From Monocercomonoides exilis PA203 (Eukaryota; Protista; Preaxostyla): 64,000 nt of DNA. The DNA lies in assembly GCA_001643675.2 (NCBI GenBank), contig LSRY02000002.1, forward strand, positions 868,001-932,000. The letters are read 5' to 3'. How positions within the stretch are numbered: the first letter of the stretch is position 1; each line of letters starts with the position of its first letter. Of the stretch, positions 34,201 to 47,840 are shown piece by piece. The notes beneath the pieces were generated by a model. It searched no databases. It saw nothing but the letters and a program-made list of their open reading frames with translations, and had not been told where the DNA came from. A program made the translations under genes and the position numbers.

Positions 34201-37200
34201 GTTCTGCGCGGATGGGCTGAGGGAGTGCTGGAAAGAAGAAGAGGATGAAGAAAAAGAAGATGGCACATTCCCAAGCTGCATTGGAGGAAGTAAAGAGAAC
34301 TGTGAGGGAGAGCGGAAGTTCTGTAAAATAAACTGTTGTTGCTGTTGCTGCTGCTCATTCATCAGCATCTGCTCCTGCGACGCAGTCAGCATCGCTTCTT
34401 GCTTCAGTTTCTCTGCTGCTTCCGCCTCCGCCTCTGCTTCTGCCTCTTCCTGTCTCATCCTCTCCTCTTCCTCTGCTTTCAGCCTAGCTTCTTCGATTCT
34501 CCTCCTCTCCTCGTTCTCCTTCGCCACCAGCTCCTCATACCCCAGCTCTGTCCTCTCGTCTGCCTTCTGCCACTCCAACTCGCTCTCTATCGCTGTCACA
34601 TCCTGCAGCCGCGCCAGCAGCCCTCCGATGGTTGAACGTGGCACCATCGACAGCACCAGCAGCGACTGCTTCCCTTTCTCCGACGCCTTCCGCATCGTCA
34701 CCACGACAAACACACTCAGCAGCACCATCGCTGCAACCACACACACACACAGGGCAGCTGTGATGATGGCTGACATCTTCGTGATGTTCTTCTCCATGTT
34801 CGCACTGTCTGTCGCCAGAATCGCCTTGATGCGTTCAGTCAGCAAGCCAGGCACTGTCGCCAGGGAAACAAGCATCTGCGTCGCGAAGGAGTTGCTCAGA
34901 GAAGCAGAACCACCTCCCCCTGCTTCTATCGCCGCAACCAAGTTCTTCGCCTCGCTCATCACGTTCTGTGAGACCGACCGCAGGATGCCAATGACTGAGT
35001 CTGCCCGTGTGTTCTGCCGAGTCGCCAGCCCGTTCTCTACTGTGATGTGTGTGTATTCTTCCCTCTTCTCCCAGAGTGCATAGACATGGTTGTCGTTCGC
35101 TGATGTCCGCACGAGTTCAGACAGGTCGGTCGTGACAGCCACCAGCTGCGCTGCGAGCTCGGCCAGCGGAGGCAGCACGTGCTGTGCATCGAGTGTGAGG
35201 CAGCTGTCTGGATCTCCGGGAGAGCCCGTGGCGTTCATGTAGAAGACAAGCCCAATCTTCGTCAGCACCGCCATCCTCGACGCATTCGCCATGATCGACC
35301 CGACTTCTGCCAGCGTCGCCACGTGGCTTTCTGTCGCCTTCCGGATCGAGTTGAAGACGAGGAAGTTCGCAAGAAAACCTCCACCAACCAGCAGAAACAC
35401 AACAAGCAGCACAACCAAGTAGATATCCACTGATGATGCCATTTTCTCTTGCCCTGTCAGCTCAATGCCGATCAGCGCTGCCATCTGCCGCTTCTTCCGC
35501 AGCGCATTCTGCTTGTCGCTGCTCGCCCCTCCGCTGCCGCCCCGCTTCTTCAGCCGGTTCCGCCGCAGCGTCGCCTTCAGCTCCGCTTTCTCTCTCCGCT
35601 CGCGCTCTCTTTCATCTTCCTTCTCGTTCCTCTCTTTCTCCACCACTATCACTTGCTCTGATGAGCCATCACTGCCATCTGCTTTGCCAGCGTTCTTGGC
35701 ACTTTCGGAATTCGCATCTGCTCTCAACAGCTCCACTCCTTCTGTCTGCTTTGCTTCTGGCAACACTGTGGCTGGTCCTGAACTTGTTTGAGCTTTTTCT
35801 TTCTCCCTCCGCTTCCTCTCTCTGTCTTCCTCTTTCTTCCTCTCCTCTTCCAGCTCCTCTGCGCGGTAGTACATCTGCTCCGCCGCGTCGTCGTCCTTCA
35901 TCACTTCATACAAGAAGTCTCCATACGACGACACAACATCTGCTGAGTTCGGATATTCTGACATGAGTTTCTCGTATCTCCTCTGCGCTTCTGCCGAGTG
36001 GTCGTGTATTCTCCTCAAAAGCGACGGCAGCCCTGCAAAGTCCGGCTGCGGGCGCTGGAGGTTCTCCCAGAACTCCCTCAGCGCCTGTTTCGCCTGCTTG
36101 TGGGACTCAACTGCGAGGGGCAGGTTTTCTGTGAGCTGCTGCTGCGACACAGCAGCCACGAAGATATCGTCAGCAGAGCGCGAGTCGGCAGTCCAGCTGC
36201 GGAGGGCGACGAAGATGCAGAAGCGGTGCAGGCGCTCTGGGTGGTGCTGGCGGGCAGTGGTCATCAGGGCGTGGGCTTTGGCGCTGTCCTTCGTGTAGAA
36301 GTGGAGAAACGTGGCGTAGCGGATGTAGGAGAGGGGCATTTCCTTGAAGCGCTCGAGGGAGACGCGGTAGATGGCTTCCGCGTAGTGCAGATGGCGTTTT
36401 GTGCGGAAGGGCTTGAGGGTGACGAAGCGAGTAGCTCCAACCACTTCGTCGGGCGCGCGCAGCTTTGGAATGTGAGGGTATTTGTACTGGCTGTGGGGTG
36501 GTGCTACGACATCAACTGGAGAAGAGAAGAGAAGAGAAGAGAAAAAGGAAGAAGAAAAAAGTTATTGAAGAAAAAACAAAGAAAATCGAATTGTAAATCA
36601 AAGAATATTCACAAAATAATAATCCAACAATTAATTTCAAAAAAAAAAAAAATATGTATATGCGCAAACTGTCATCATAGTTCAGCTCCTCCATCTCGTG
36701 TGGTGTCTCAGACGGGAGCTGCACCATTTCCAGCATCATCTTCTCTTCCTCGCTCTTGTTCCTCTTCAGCCGGTCCCTCACCGCCTTCTTCCTCGCCCGC
36801 TCGTCTGCCACATCAGCGTCTTCTCTTTCCTGCTCTGATTCGTCCTCTTTCTTCAGCACTTTGTCTCTTTCGACTTCGATCCTGCCCAGCAACGTCGGGC
36901 GCGCGGCTGGCTCACACAAAACCGCCTCAGCTGGCTCTGAAGGAACACGCACCTGCTGCGGATCAGCCGGGTCGGCATACATTTCGCCGTCGCTCCAGAC
37001 AAACCACTTGCCACGGAAGGAATGCTTGAAGAGGAATGAGAGGAGGAGGGGGAGGCCGATGACCCCGGCGAAGAGGAGGAGGAAAGTGATGACGTTCATT
37101 GCGGTGGTCCGGGGGAGATACAGTGCTAATGGAAAAGTGGATGAGTTTTTTTTATAAAATATTATTATTTATTGTTTAAATAAATAAATAAATAAATAAA

Positions 37201-38850
37201 AAAGGAAATTAAATTATGAAAAATTTCAACAGCTGATAAAATTCTATTGCAAACATATGAAGCTGATGAGCAGAATCCAACATTGGACAATTGTGTTCGT
37301 CATAAACAAGATGTTCCCTGTTTCTTGATGATACGGCTGTGCAGCAAGAGTAAATCAATCAATCAATCGTTCAGTCAGATCGAAAGATGCCATCCAAGTC
37401 ATCAAATAAATAAACAATATAATTTTTATAGAAAGTGAAAGAAAAAGGAGAAGGAAGAAACAAATGTTTTGATACCAATAATCACAATAATTATTAAATA
37501 AATGTTTTTTTCATTGAACTTCCGTTGTCAAACAGACAAAAAGCATCAAACCTGCTCGTCAAAACAGAAATATGTGAGCACCAGAAAAAACAGTGACACG
37601 AGGGCGAATCTCCACCAGCCGTAGTAAGTGACGATGTATCCAACAACCACATGACTGATTTCAATGCTTGACTATTTCAATCAAAGAAAGTGTATTTATT
37701 TATTTATTTATTTTTAGAAAATAAAATAAGTTATAATTTATATAAGTAAATGCATATGACATTACCTCCCAAAATGCCCAATTTCCGTTTTCACGTGCAA
37801 ATATTCCTCCATGTTTCGTGTTTGTTGGGTTGCAATAGTAGCGAACGAAATATATAACAAACCATATGAGAACAATAATAACGCACGAAATAATAAATAG
37901 AGAAAGATGTGTCGCAGAACTGTGGAAGAAGCAAGAAAAATGTTTTTGAAATATTCATAAATTTTCATGACGAAATTTCAATGTTTAACAAAAGAAAATT
38001 AAATGTAGTTATATTAACAAATGATCAAATATAAAATAAACAAACAATGCAGTCATCCAAGGAAGAAGATCAAGATAAATTACATCTTCAGGCGAGTCGT
38101 AGTCAAAAACAAATATGACAGATAGCCAACACATGGATGGAATAACTCTTTAATAACAATAGAAAAAAAGATGAAGTTCAAAGAATAAAATTTCAATTAA
38201 ATTTATCAATAATAATGTAATATAAAAAGTACTAACAAATGATGCATACAAAACATATTGATAGAACTTCACCCACATTCGATAATAATCAAGAAGCCAT
38301 TTCATTGATTTTTGTAATTTCTGAATTCAAACAATCGATATATATACATAATTTTGAAAGAATGAATTAATCGACACACCTTAAAAAATTTCGCAGCAAG
38401 AATCATTGATAACAACAAATTAAAAAGAAAAAATATGGCCAATCCAAAACAAATAAAATATGACGTTTGAGACAAAGTTGCAAGAGGAGCAAGAGTAATC
38501 CAATTTATGATAGTATAAAACATGTCCGGAAATGGCAAAGGTGAGAATAACAATGAAATGGAAGTGCATTGAAGAAAAAACACAATCCAAAGAAAAAGAT
38601 CGAATGACGGTGTTCCATGTTTATTCTAAATTATTAATGCAGAAAATAATAACATTATTTGTGAAAAAATAATTAGAAAAAAATCAATGTTGGAAAAATT
38701 GTATTTCAGATGAATAATATATAATATAAAAAAATAAACCTGTACGGCAAGAGGATAACATAAATTAAAAATAATTTCGTCAGTGGTAGAACTTTTTTCT
38801 AATGAATCACTTTGTGAAGATTTTTGTCGATCATCTGCACCACCTTTCAT
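31291..38850 (-). CDS. TmcB/TmcC-family multi-pass membrane protein with TPR segment and C-terminal hemerythrin-like domain
   Basis: Small hydrophobic 5' exons from ATG 38850 (first intron 38739-38626). TPR-like block ALREFWENL...YPNSADVVSSYGDFLYEVMKD, two TM-ectodomain-TM modules, then WKDEY...QFDREAQWM...HIREH...HIVTSD. Internal exon boundaries at 37.1-38.4 kb are not fully resolved. Confidence 0.75.
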
Positions 38851-39510
38851 AATAATTGCAGATGAAAGTTATCAATTGAATCCACCAATTTTCTTGTGGC
38901 TTGATCACAGGAAAAAAAATTAAAAAAAAAAGAGAATTAAAAGATGTCTTTAAATGTTGTTTATTTTAAAAATGTTATTTGTTTTATTAACAGCAAAATA
39001 AAACTGAATTCAGAAACGATAACTATAAAGATTTATTTTTTTCTATTCGAAACAAAAATTGAAGATTTCTTATCTCTTTGAAACTATTCCGTGTATTATG
39101 AAAATACATTTTTCATAATGTTTGATAAAAATTAGTTTGATTTGGAATCGATGTTGTGCAATTTCAATTCATTCAATAAATGTTTTCCAATATCAAAATA
39201 AAAACTTCTTGAAAAGCCAATAAAATTAAAAATATGCAGAAAATAATTCAATATCAATTTCTCAAATTATGCGAAAAAATTTATGTGTTTTTCTATTTAT
39301 TATTAACTGGAAATCCAATTATTGGACACCCATAAATAATTAAATCATCAAATTTGGAAATTTGGACTACAATTTGTGATTTGACGTGAAAAGTATTGGA
39401 TTTTTTGGAATGATGCATCAACTTACAACTTGTGGTACGACATCTTCGTCATATTTTGACGTGAATAACATCGATCTTTATAAAGGATATTTGTTGACAT
39501 TGATCTCTTC

Positions 39511-42500
39511 ATGTCATCGCCTCAATTTGCTTTGTCATCAAAAGAACAGTTAATTATTCAAACTTTATCAAATCCTCAAATTTCAGCGTTTACATTTCAT
39601 TCTGATTTTCTGGACATACTTTTTGGATTCACTGTTCTGGCTGAAAATGATGAATCTTTTCTTCCTCTATTTTGTGAAATGATTCAACGATATGATTGGA
39701 CACTTAGAAATGAAAAAGTCGATCAAAGATGCGAATATAACTTCTTTCAAATCAAACAATTTATTTTGCAAACAGTTGCTCAAAAGCTATCAATACTTGA
39801 TCGATTAACAGTCAAACCTAAAAATCCTTTGATGGCGAGCGTTCAAAATCCATATCTTGTATTCTTTTCATTCATTGTTCCAGAATTAGGACAGATTTTC
39901 TTCCGAGAAGAGCAAGCAAAATTTGGTACAAACCTTTCTTCTCCAATTTTCGTGGAACAAATAGCAAATGCACTAAATCAACACAGTCAAGCAAGAATTG
40001 ACTTATCTTATCTTCTTTCTCTTTCATCTTTGGAATCGCTTCAAGTTGCTAGCGATCAATTTGTTGAAATGGAGAATTCACGAAGTTTGCTTTTTATCAT
40101 TTCTCAAATTTCAAATTTTTTTAATCATTTTTTTTTTTCAGCGCAAGAACAGATCAACCAGGTTGATTGCAACAGGGAAATTTCGCAGCAAGTGATGGCC
40201 ATTTCACCAGAGTTGGATCCATCTTCTCTGGCAACATATCAGCAATCGCGTGGGCTTGTTGGCGGAGCGATGGATGCAGTGAGCTACCAGAACATGATGG
40301 TGCAGTCTTATGAAGGAGAACTTAAAATGGACAATGAAATGGACAAGTGGGAAATGGACAAAAAGAAAGCGATGATGCTGGGCGTGGAGTCTGCTGCGTC
40401 GGCACAAGCACTCACAAGCAGTGAAGCAGGCAACGAAATGATGGACATCGATGAAGTAATAAATGATAATGCCAGCATTTCAGGCAGTGCTGGTGGTTAT
40501 GATACTCTGAAATCAACGCCTCGAATAAGAGGCGACTCGGGGATGTTTTCTTTGAAGAGCTCGTTACTCACGCTGTCGCCGTCGGTGATGCTGCACGAGA
40601 TGCAGAAAGAGCGAAGAGAGAAAATTAGAGATGAAGAAAGTCAGAGAGAGAAGATGAATGAAAATGCAATGGATTTGACACCACGCATTTCATCGTATTC
40701 GTCTGCTGCAGACTCAGCTGCATTGCAAACATCGCTTTCTTTGCCTTCTTCTTCGTCTTCGTCTTCGTCTTCAATCTTGTCAACTCCTCCTATTTCTGAC
40801 TCTTCTTCTTCCTCTTCTTCCTCTGCGTTTTCACTTGGATTTCATTCAACACTGTCACCAAACCAATTCCATCATTTTTCTTTCTCTCCCACCTCTTCCT
40901 CCTCCTCCTCTTCGTCTTCCTCTGCCCCCTCTTCTTCTTTATCTCCATCATCTTCTTCTTCCTCTTCCTCTAACATCATCTACCCTTCTGATTCTTCACT
41001 CGAACAATCATCATCATCATCATCATTATCTTCTTCTTCATCTTCTTCTTCTTGTGAATCAATTCCATCTTCATTGAGCTCTTCCTTCTACACACACACT
41101 CTTTCAATGCTCGACCAAAACAGCTCAATCACATCCACCCCACCTCCTTCTGCTTTGTCTCTTTCATCAAACGGATCATCTTCAGCATCAATGTCTGCTT
41201 CTTCTTCTTCTCCCTCTTCTTCCTCTTCTTCTTCTATTTCTTCTTCTTCATCTTCCTCCACTTCTTCACCAACGCCTTACACTTTTCCTTCATTTGGTTT
41301 CTCTCCCTTTGTATCTTCTTCTTTCTCTCCTTCTTCTTCTTTCGCATCGTCCTTGTCTTTCACACCTTCTTCTTTCTCTTCTTCGTCCTCCTCCTCCTTT
41401 TTCTCTTCGTCGCCTTCTTCTTTCCTGTCTTCTGACAGACACAACTCGATTACTGAGCTTTCGTTGACACAACCTCAGAACATACTCGATAACACAACAA
41501 CAACAACAGCAGCAGAAGCAGAAGCAGAAGATGAAGATCCAGCTGCAGCCATCGCAAATAGAAGCAGAAGAAACAGAGAAGCAGAAGAAGAATCTGAAGC
41601 AAAAACAATGGAAGAACAAGAACAAGAACAAGAACACGAAGGAGAGGAAGAGAAAATTGAAAATTTGTCATTTGCCCCTTTGTCACTGGCAGACAACAGA
41701 AGCACAGCAAAAGAATCGACTTTGTTTTCTGGAAGGGATTTCAAACAAATTTCTGAAGAGACACAAGGAAAGATGTTTCAGCCACAAAATGCAGAAGGCG
41801 CAGGGCTGATTGGCAAAGAGGGCTTTTTTGAGAGAAATGCGAATGGAAACATGCCAAATGGATTGTCCCAGCAATTCAAAGAAGAGATTTCAAACTGCTC
41901 GCATTTCGCATTCAACGCAAACAAAGAAGGAATTGAAAGTTTTGAAGAGAAAAACAGAATGAAAAGCGAAAATGTGCTGGAACAAAATGCAAGTGAAGAT
42001 GACAACGACGACGCGTTTTTGGCTGGCTCAGCTTCAGCAGGCGCTGCAAACATGCCGGAAAAGATGTTTCGGATGATGCAGAAGACGAAGAAGACGCTTG
42101 AAGATTTGGATAAAAAAATGACTGGAAGTTTTGAAAAGGAAGGCGAAATGCAGGAAATGGAAGGCGATGAAGAGAAAGAGAATCTGCCACACGATGCAAG
42201 TTCTTCGTTGTTTCTGAAAGTGGAAAAGAAAACTTCATCATCATCATCATCATCATCATCTTCTTCTTCTTCAAACCCAAACACCAAAAATAATTCATCT
42301 TCTTCCACAATTTCTGAATTTGACAGCACAACATTAACATACCCTCCACATAATGCTGACTCCCCCACCTCTTTTTCTCCGCTTCTTCCATCTGACCAGC
42401 CAACCAATGTAACCACTACAACTTCTGCAACCACTGGAATCACTGCAACTTCTGCAGCTACTGGCTTTTCTTCCTTTTCTGATGAGGAAGACGAGCAAGA

Positions 42501-42682
42501 ACAGCCAAAAAGAAGAAGCGGGCGGTGCGGGCTGAAGAGAAGAATAACACCAAGAAACCAGAGTCCAAAGGAAGGAAGCTACTGTAACATCAGAAGTGGG
42601 AAAATGGATGAAGGAAGCTTGGGGGATGGGAGTGAGGAGAAGAAAGAAGAAGATGCAAGGAATGATGATGGAGAAAGAAAAG

Positions 42683-42714
<32 letters not shown>

Positions 42715-45700
42715 TATGATGATGATGATGATGATGATGGAGTGGATGCTCAGCAAATTTCTGGCTTTTTGGATCCGCTTGCTCCTCCGCTGCAGACAAT
42801 GACAAGAAAGATGGAAAGGCAGGAAATAAGAGAACAGAACAAACAAAACATGAGAAACGAGAAAGAAAGTGAAGAAAATTTTGATGAAGGTAGAATCAAT
42901 GAAGGAGGAAGAAGCGAAGCTGCTGGCATTTCCAATGATAACTCGATGATAACAGGCGAAACTGAGCTTGGCAAGAAAGACGATTTCATTGATGAGGAGT
43001 ACGGGATGAAGCTTGACACAGAAAAATCAATATCATCAATGACTTCAACATTATCTTTGCCTTCCTCCTCGTCTTCTTCTTTCCTTTCGCTTTCTCTTTC
43101 GCTTTCGCCTTCTTCTTCGTTTTCTGAGTCGCCATCAGCTGTTTCTGCCTCAGCAGTCCATCCGTTTCTGACATCTGCCTTCAACATTCATCAGATGCAT
43201 CAACCTCAGAACGAACTTAACGACGCAATGCAATCAATCTCTTCTTCTTCCTCTTCCTCTTCCTCTTCCTCTTCATCATCATCTCCATCTTCTTCTTCCT
43301 CTTCTTCGCTTCTTGCTTCATCAAACATTCCACCTTTGTCTTCACTTCCACTCTCTCCAACAAATCCTGATTTTTCCTCCACAAACATTCATCCGTATTT
43401 CTCTTCCTCTTTTTTCGGCTCATTATCATCATCATCGTCTTCTTCTTCTTCATCTTTATCATCTTTGTCATCATCATCATCATCTTCTTCTCTTGCTTCA
43501 AACGGATTGCCTGTAACAACCTATCAAACCTCCTCCTCCTCCTCCTCCTCTTCCTCTTCCTGGATCCCTTCCCCTTTCCTCTCCTCTCCTTCCTCTCCAT
43601 TCAACACAGAATTCACTTCTCCTTCTCTTTCTGAAGCGTCACTTTATCCATCAGCTTATTCCCAGCTGCCTTCAATGATGTCTTCTTCTTCTTCTTCTTC
43701 TTCCTCCTCTTCCTCTTCTTCCTCTTCTTTTGGCTCATATGCACCACACAGCTTCTGTTCTGCTCGCAGTTGTGGTAGAAGCAGAGGAACGATGATGCCA
43801 TTGCAATCATCATCAATGCAATCATCGTCACCATCTTCTTCTTCCTCTCCTTCCTCTTCTTCTCCCACAACTTCTGATTATACATCTCCATTGCTTTCTT
43901 CTTCTTCTTCTTCTTCTTCCTCAAATTTTGTTCCATCATCTTATCATTTGCGTAATCCTCACCCACTTTCCTACTCAACATCACTTTCTTCTTCTTCTTC
44001 TTCTTCCTCCTCCTCTCCTTCTTCTTCTTCTGCTTGCAATTTTTCAATGACACATTCCGCCCCTTCTTCCTCTTCTCTGATGGGCTCTGCTTCTTCCTCT
44101 CTCCAATCCCCCTTTTTCACTGCCCACTCTCAGCCGCCTCATCCGCTTTCCTCCATTTTTGCTTCCTCGTCGCTTGCCTCTCCTTCTTTCCTGCCAACCA
44201 CTTACTCTTCTGGAATGAATGCCATGCACCTTTCCTCTTCCTTTTCCTCCTCCTCCTCTTCTTCCTCCTCTTCTTGCTCCTCCTGCTCCTCCTCTTCCTC
44301 CTCTTCTTCTGCTTCTTCCTTCGGCTTTGGAGAGGCACACGAAGCGCCAACTTTATCGTTTCCTTTCCTTTCGACCGTATTTGGCCCCCGCTTAGCGCAG
44401 GCGATGTGCGCATTCCTGGCAGAAACAGCTGAGCCAGTGATCCAATCAACCCCAGCCCTTTCTCTGCAAATGATCTCTGCCTCTTCTTCTTCCTCATCAT
44501 CTTCCTCCTCCTCCTCCTCTTCTTCCTCCCCAGCTCGCTCTTCTTCTGACTTATCACCCATCTCCTCTCTGCTATCTTCCTCTCTCTCATCCGCTTCCCC
44601 TTCTTCCTCTGCACTCTTGTCCGGAATGACACCTTCAGTGATTCCTCTCTCTTTGCCCCCGCCGCAGAAGGAGAACGGGAGGTTCACGCCTTCAGTGCTG
44701 CGCCTGCTGAAGATGTGGTACGACGACAAAAAACGGAGAATTAGAGAAGAGGCAATTCTCCGGGCATATCCGGGACAGATGAGCCAACAACAACAACAGC
44801 AGCAGCAACAACAGCAGATGATGATGAAGCAACACAATCAGAAGCAGCTATATGGACAGTCACCGTATTATCAGAGAATAAACCAGCAATCATCGACTTC
44901 ATCATCATCATCCTCTTCTTTTTCTGGTTCTTATCAATTTGCAGACTCGCAAATGGAGGACAGTTCGATGAGCATGGCTGGAGGAGAAGATGAGCAGATG
45001 CAGATGAATGAGGAAGGAAGATACAACACAAGAATGAGGGAGGACCGAGAAAGGGAATTTTTGCACTCGAGAAGAGGAATTAAGAATGGGAAAGGGAGAA
45101 AACGGTACAGAACGTCGTTTGGCGGAGAATTCGAGAGATTTTACGATGATGAGGAAGAAGAAGAAGATGACGATGATGAAGAAAATGATAACGATGAAGA
45201 AGATGAAGATGAAGAAAACAAAATGAATGAAGCTAATGGAATGGATATGCTCCAAGGCGGATGCAGCAGCCAGATGTCTGCTGATCTCCAAGGCCAACAA
45301 AGCTATCAGTCTCAATTCGACCAGCAAAGCCAGTCGATGCAGTATTCAGCAGGAAACAGCTCTTCTCCATACAATTTTGGTGCCACGTACTATTCATCAG
45401 CTGGTTCAGTAGCTGGCTCAGTGGCTGTATCAACTGCATCAGCTGCTTCCCCATCGTATGGAAGGATGCCGTATCGTGGGGTGTATGCTACGAAGGAAGA
45501 GAAACGCATTCTGTGTGCGTTGACGAGGCTGTCGATGACACAGATGACGAACTGGATATCCAACATGCGCAATAGAGATCCAGATAAGAAGAGAGACAAG
45601 AAGGAGAGAGAAAGAGAAAGAGAAAGAGAAAGAGAGAGGGAGAGGGAAAGAGAGAGAGAAAGAGAAAAGGAAAGAGGAAAGTATTCAGAGAAGGACAATG

Positions 45701-47679
45701 CAAGACTGAACCACAACTCGCGCAATTCAAAGACGTATTCAGCTTCTTCTTCTTCTTCTTCTTCAAATTCTCCTCTTTATTCATCTTCTTTACACAGCAC
45801 ACACAATTCAATGTATACCACAGTTGGTCTTCCGTCTGCTTCTTCTTCTGAGCTTTCTCCTTCACATTCGCCGCGCCATCGCCAGAGGCAGCTGTCTGGA
45901 TCTTCTTCTCCTTCTTCTCTCGGCAGTTCGTTCTCTTTGGGCGACGATTCTTCTTCTCCTTCTCTTTCCTCTCCTCTTTCTCCTTCAAATTCTCTTTCTC
46001 TTTCTCCTTCTTCTTCTTCACCTCGATCACTCCAGTGTGATTCTCAACTTTTCGCCTCTGCTGCTCCTTCTGAGATGGACAAAGATTTTTATGGAATGAA
46101 CTCCTCAGAGCTGATTCAAGGCTCCTCTGCTTCATCATCTTCATCAGCTTCATATTCTATGTCTTCCAGTTCATCAAGCTTACTTTCTTCGACCGGCTCT
46201 TCTTTCTCTTCTCTTTCGTCTTTTCAGCCATCATCATCATTATCTTCTTCCTCTTCTTCATCTTCAAACGCACCCGCAACGTTGATAGCAGCTGTTTCTT
46301 TGAACAATTCACTGAAATCTGACCACTATGCCTTTGGAAATGCGAATCGTAGTCAGAATTCATTCACTTTCGAGTCACAATCAGCCAGCGATAAAGACAT
46401 TGATGAAGATTTGAGCTGGATCGATGGAGAAGACGAGAGCGGGGCGGAGAACACGAAGAAAGAGCAAACAGTTCAACAAGAACAGACAAATCAAACATCA
46501 TCAGCTTCATCGGCTTCATCATCTTCTTCTTCCTCTTCCTCTTCTTCAATGCAGTTTCCTTCATCAACAGGAGAATCGTCTTTATCTGATCAATCACGGA
46601 TGTCTTCAACAATACACACACCGCAAAATGGCCCAACACCATCAACATCGCCTTTTAATTCATCTTCTCCTCATATGCCACTTGTTTCTGCTTCAAACTC
46701 TTCCTCTTCGTTGGATGGCTCTTCAGCTCTTTCAAAGGAAGCAACAGAACTTTCTTCAGAACATTCACAGGGCATTCAAAATGAAACGCTCGATTTTGAT
46801 TTTTCAAGTGAAATGCCACAAGACAAAGCTATTTCTGATGAAAAGAACAGAAGCAGAGGAAGAGGCAGAACACGCGGAAGAGGACGAGGAAGAGGCAGAG
46901 GGCGCGGAAGGGTCGAAAGCAAAAAACGCATTCGGCTATCAGATTTGAAGAGCTTTGATTATGATGAAGAAGAGCATTCAACTGATTCACATGCAAAAAC
47001 GGAGAATTATCCAGTGTTCGGAGGCAGCAGCCATCCGATGATGAACAGCTTCTACTGCCCAACACAGCCAGCTTCTTTGGCTTCGCAAATTCCTTCGGTC
47101 ACACAGAACCAAACTGTCGTTGGAGCAGAAGGCTCAAATTCAGCAGGGCAAACATCAGAATCAACAACAGCAGAAAACGGCGAAGCAAAGAAAAATGACA
47201 CAAAAACTTCTCCGCTCGAAACTTCGAATATTAAAGTGGCTTCGACTTCTCCTATTTCTTCTCTTCTTGCATCCTCCTCTTCATCATCATTGATTCCCCC
47301 AGTTATTCTACCATCTTCCCTTCCTTCTCTTTCCCCAAAATATTCATTCCCCTCTCATAAACTTGGGCAGCCGCTGCCAAGAGCATCTTTGGCCATGCCG
47401 CCATCATTCAACCCGAATCACCTTCCTTCATACTCAACCACTTCAAAAGGCTTATCTACATTTCCTGTTACATTTCCTACTTTTAATGTTTCCAATCTAT
47501 CACCTTCTCCATATACCACGTCTTCTTCAGCTGCAAACATTCAGAAAAATATTCTGCCAAAATCAACTCTAATTCCATCTTCAGTTAACACTGTAACTCC
47601 TAGCATTACTTCAACTATTCCTTCAACTTATAATTTGCAGAAGAATGCAAATAACTCTTCAAAAAATATCCCTGCATAA
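39511..47679 (+). CDS. Giant Ser-rich protein with an interrupted TALE-class homeodomain
   Basis: Single 2722-aa ORF. Helix 1 RFTPSVLRLLKMWYDD (~44680-44727) and helices 2-3 YATKEEKRILCALTRLSMTQMTNWISNMRNR (~45484-45576). Also an (ER)n tract and an (RG)n tract. Confidence 0.7.
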
Positions 47680-47840
47680 TAAATTATTTGTTTACTGTTT
47701 TTGTTAAAAATGTAATGGAATATATTTATTTAAAACTTAAATTTATTGTGTGTTTTTCGATTTTCAATACACCCTTAATACAACTTTGACACTTTCATTC
47801 TTGACAATTTTTAATAATTCCAAAACAAGTGCCAACTTTT

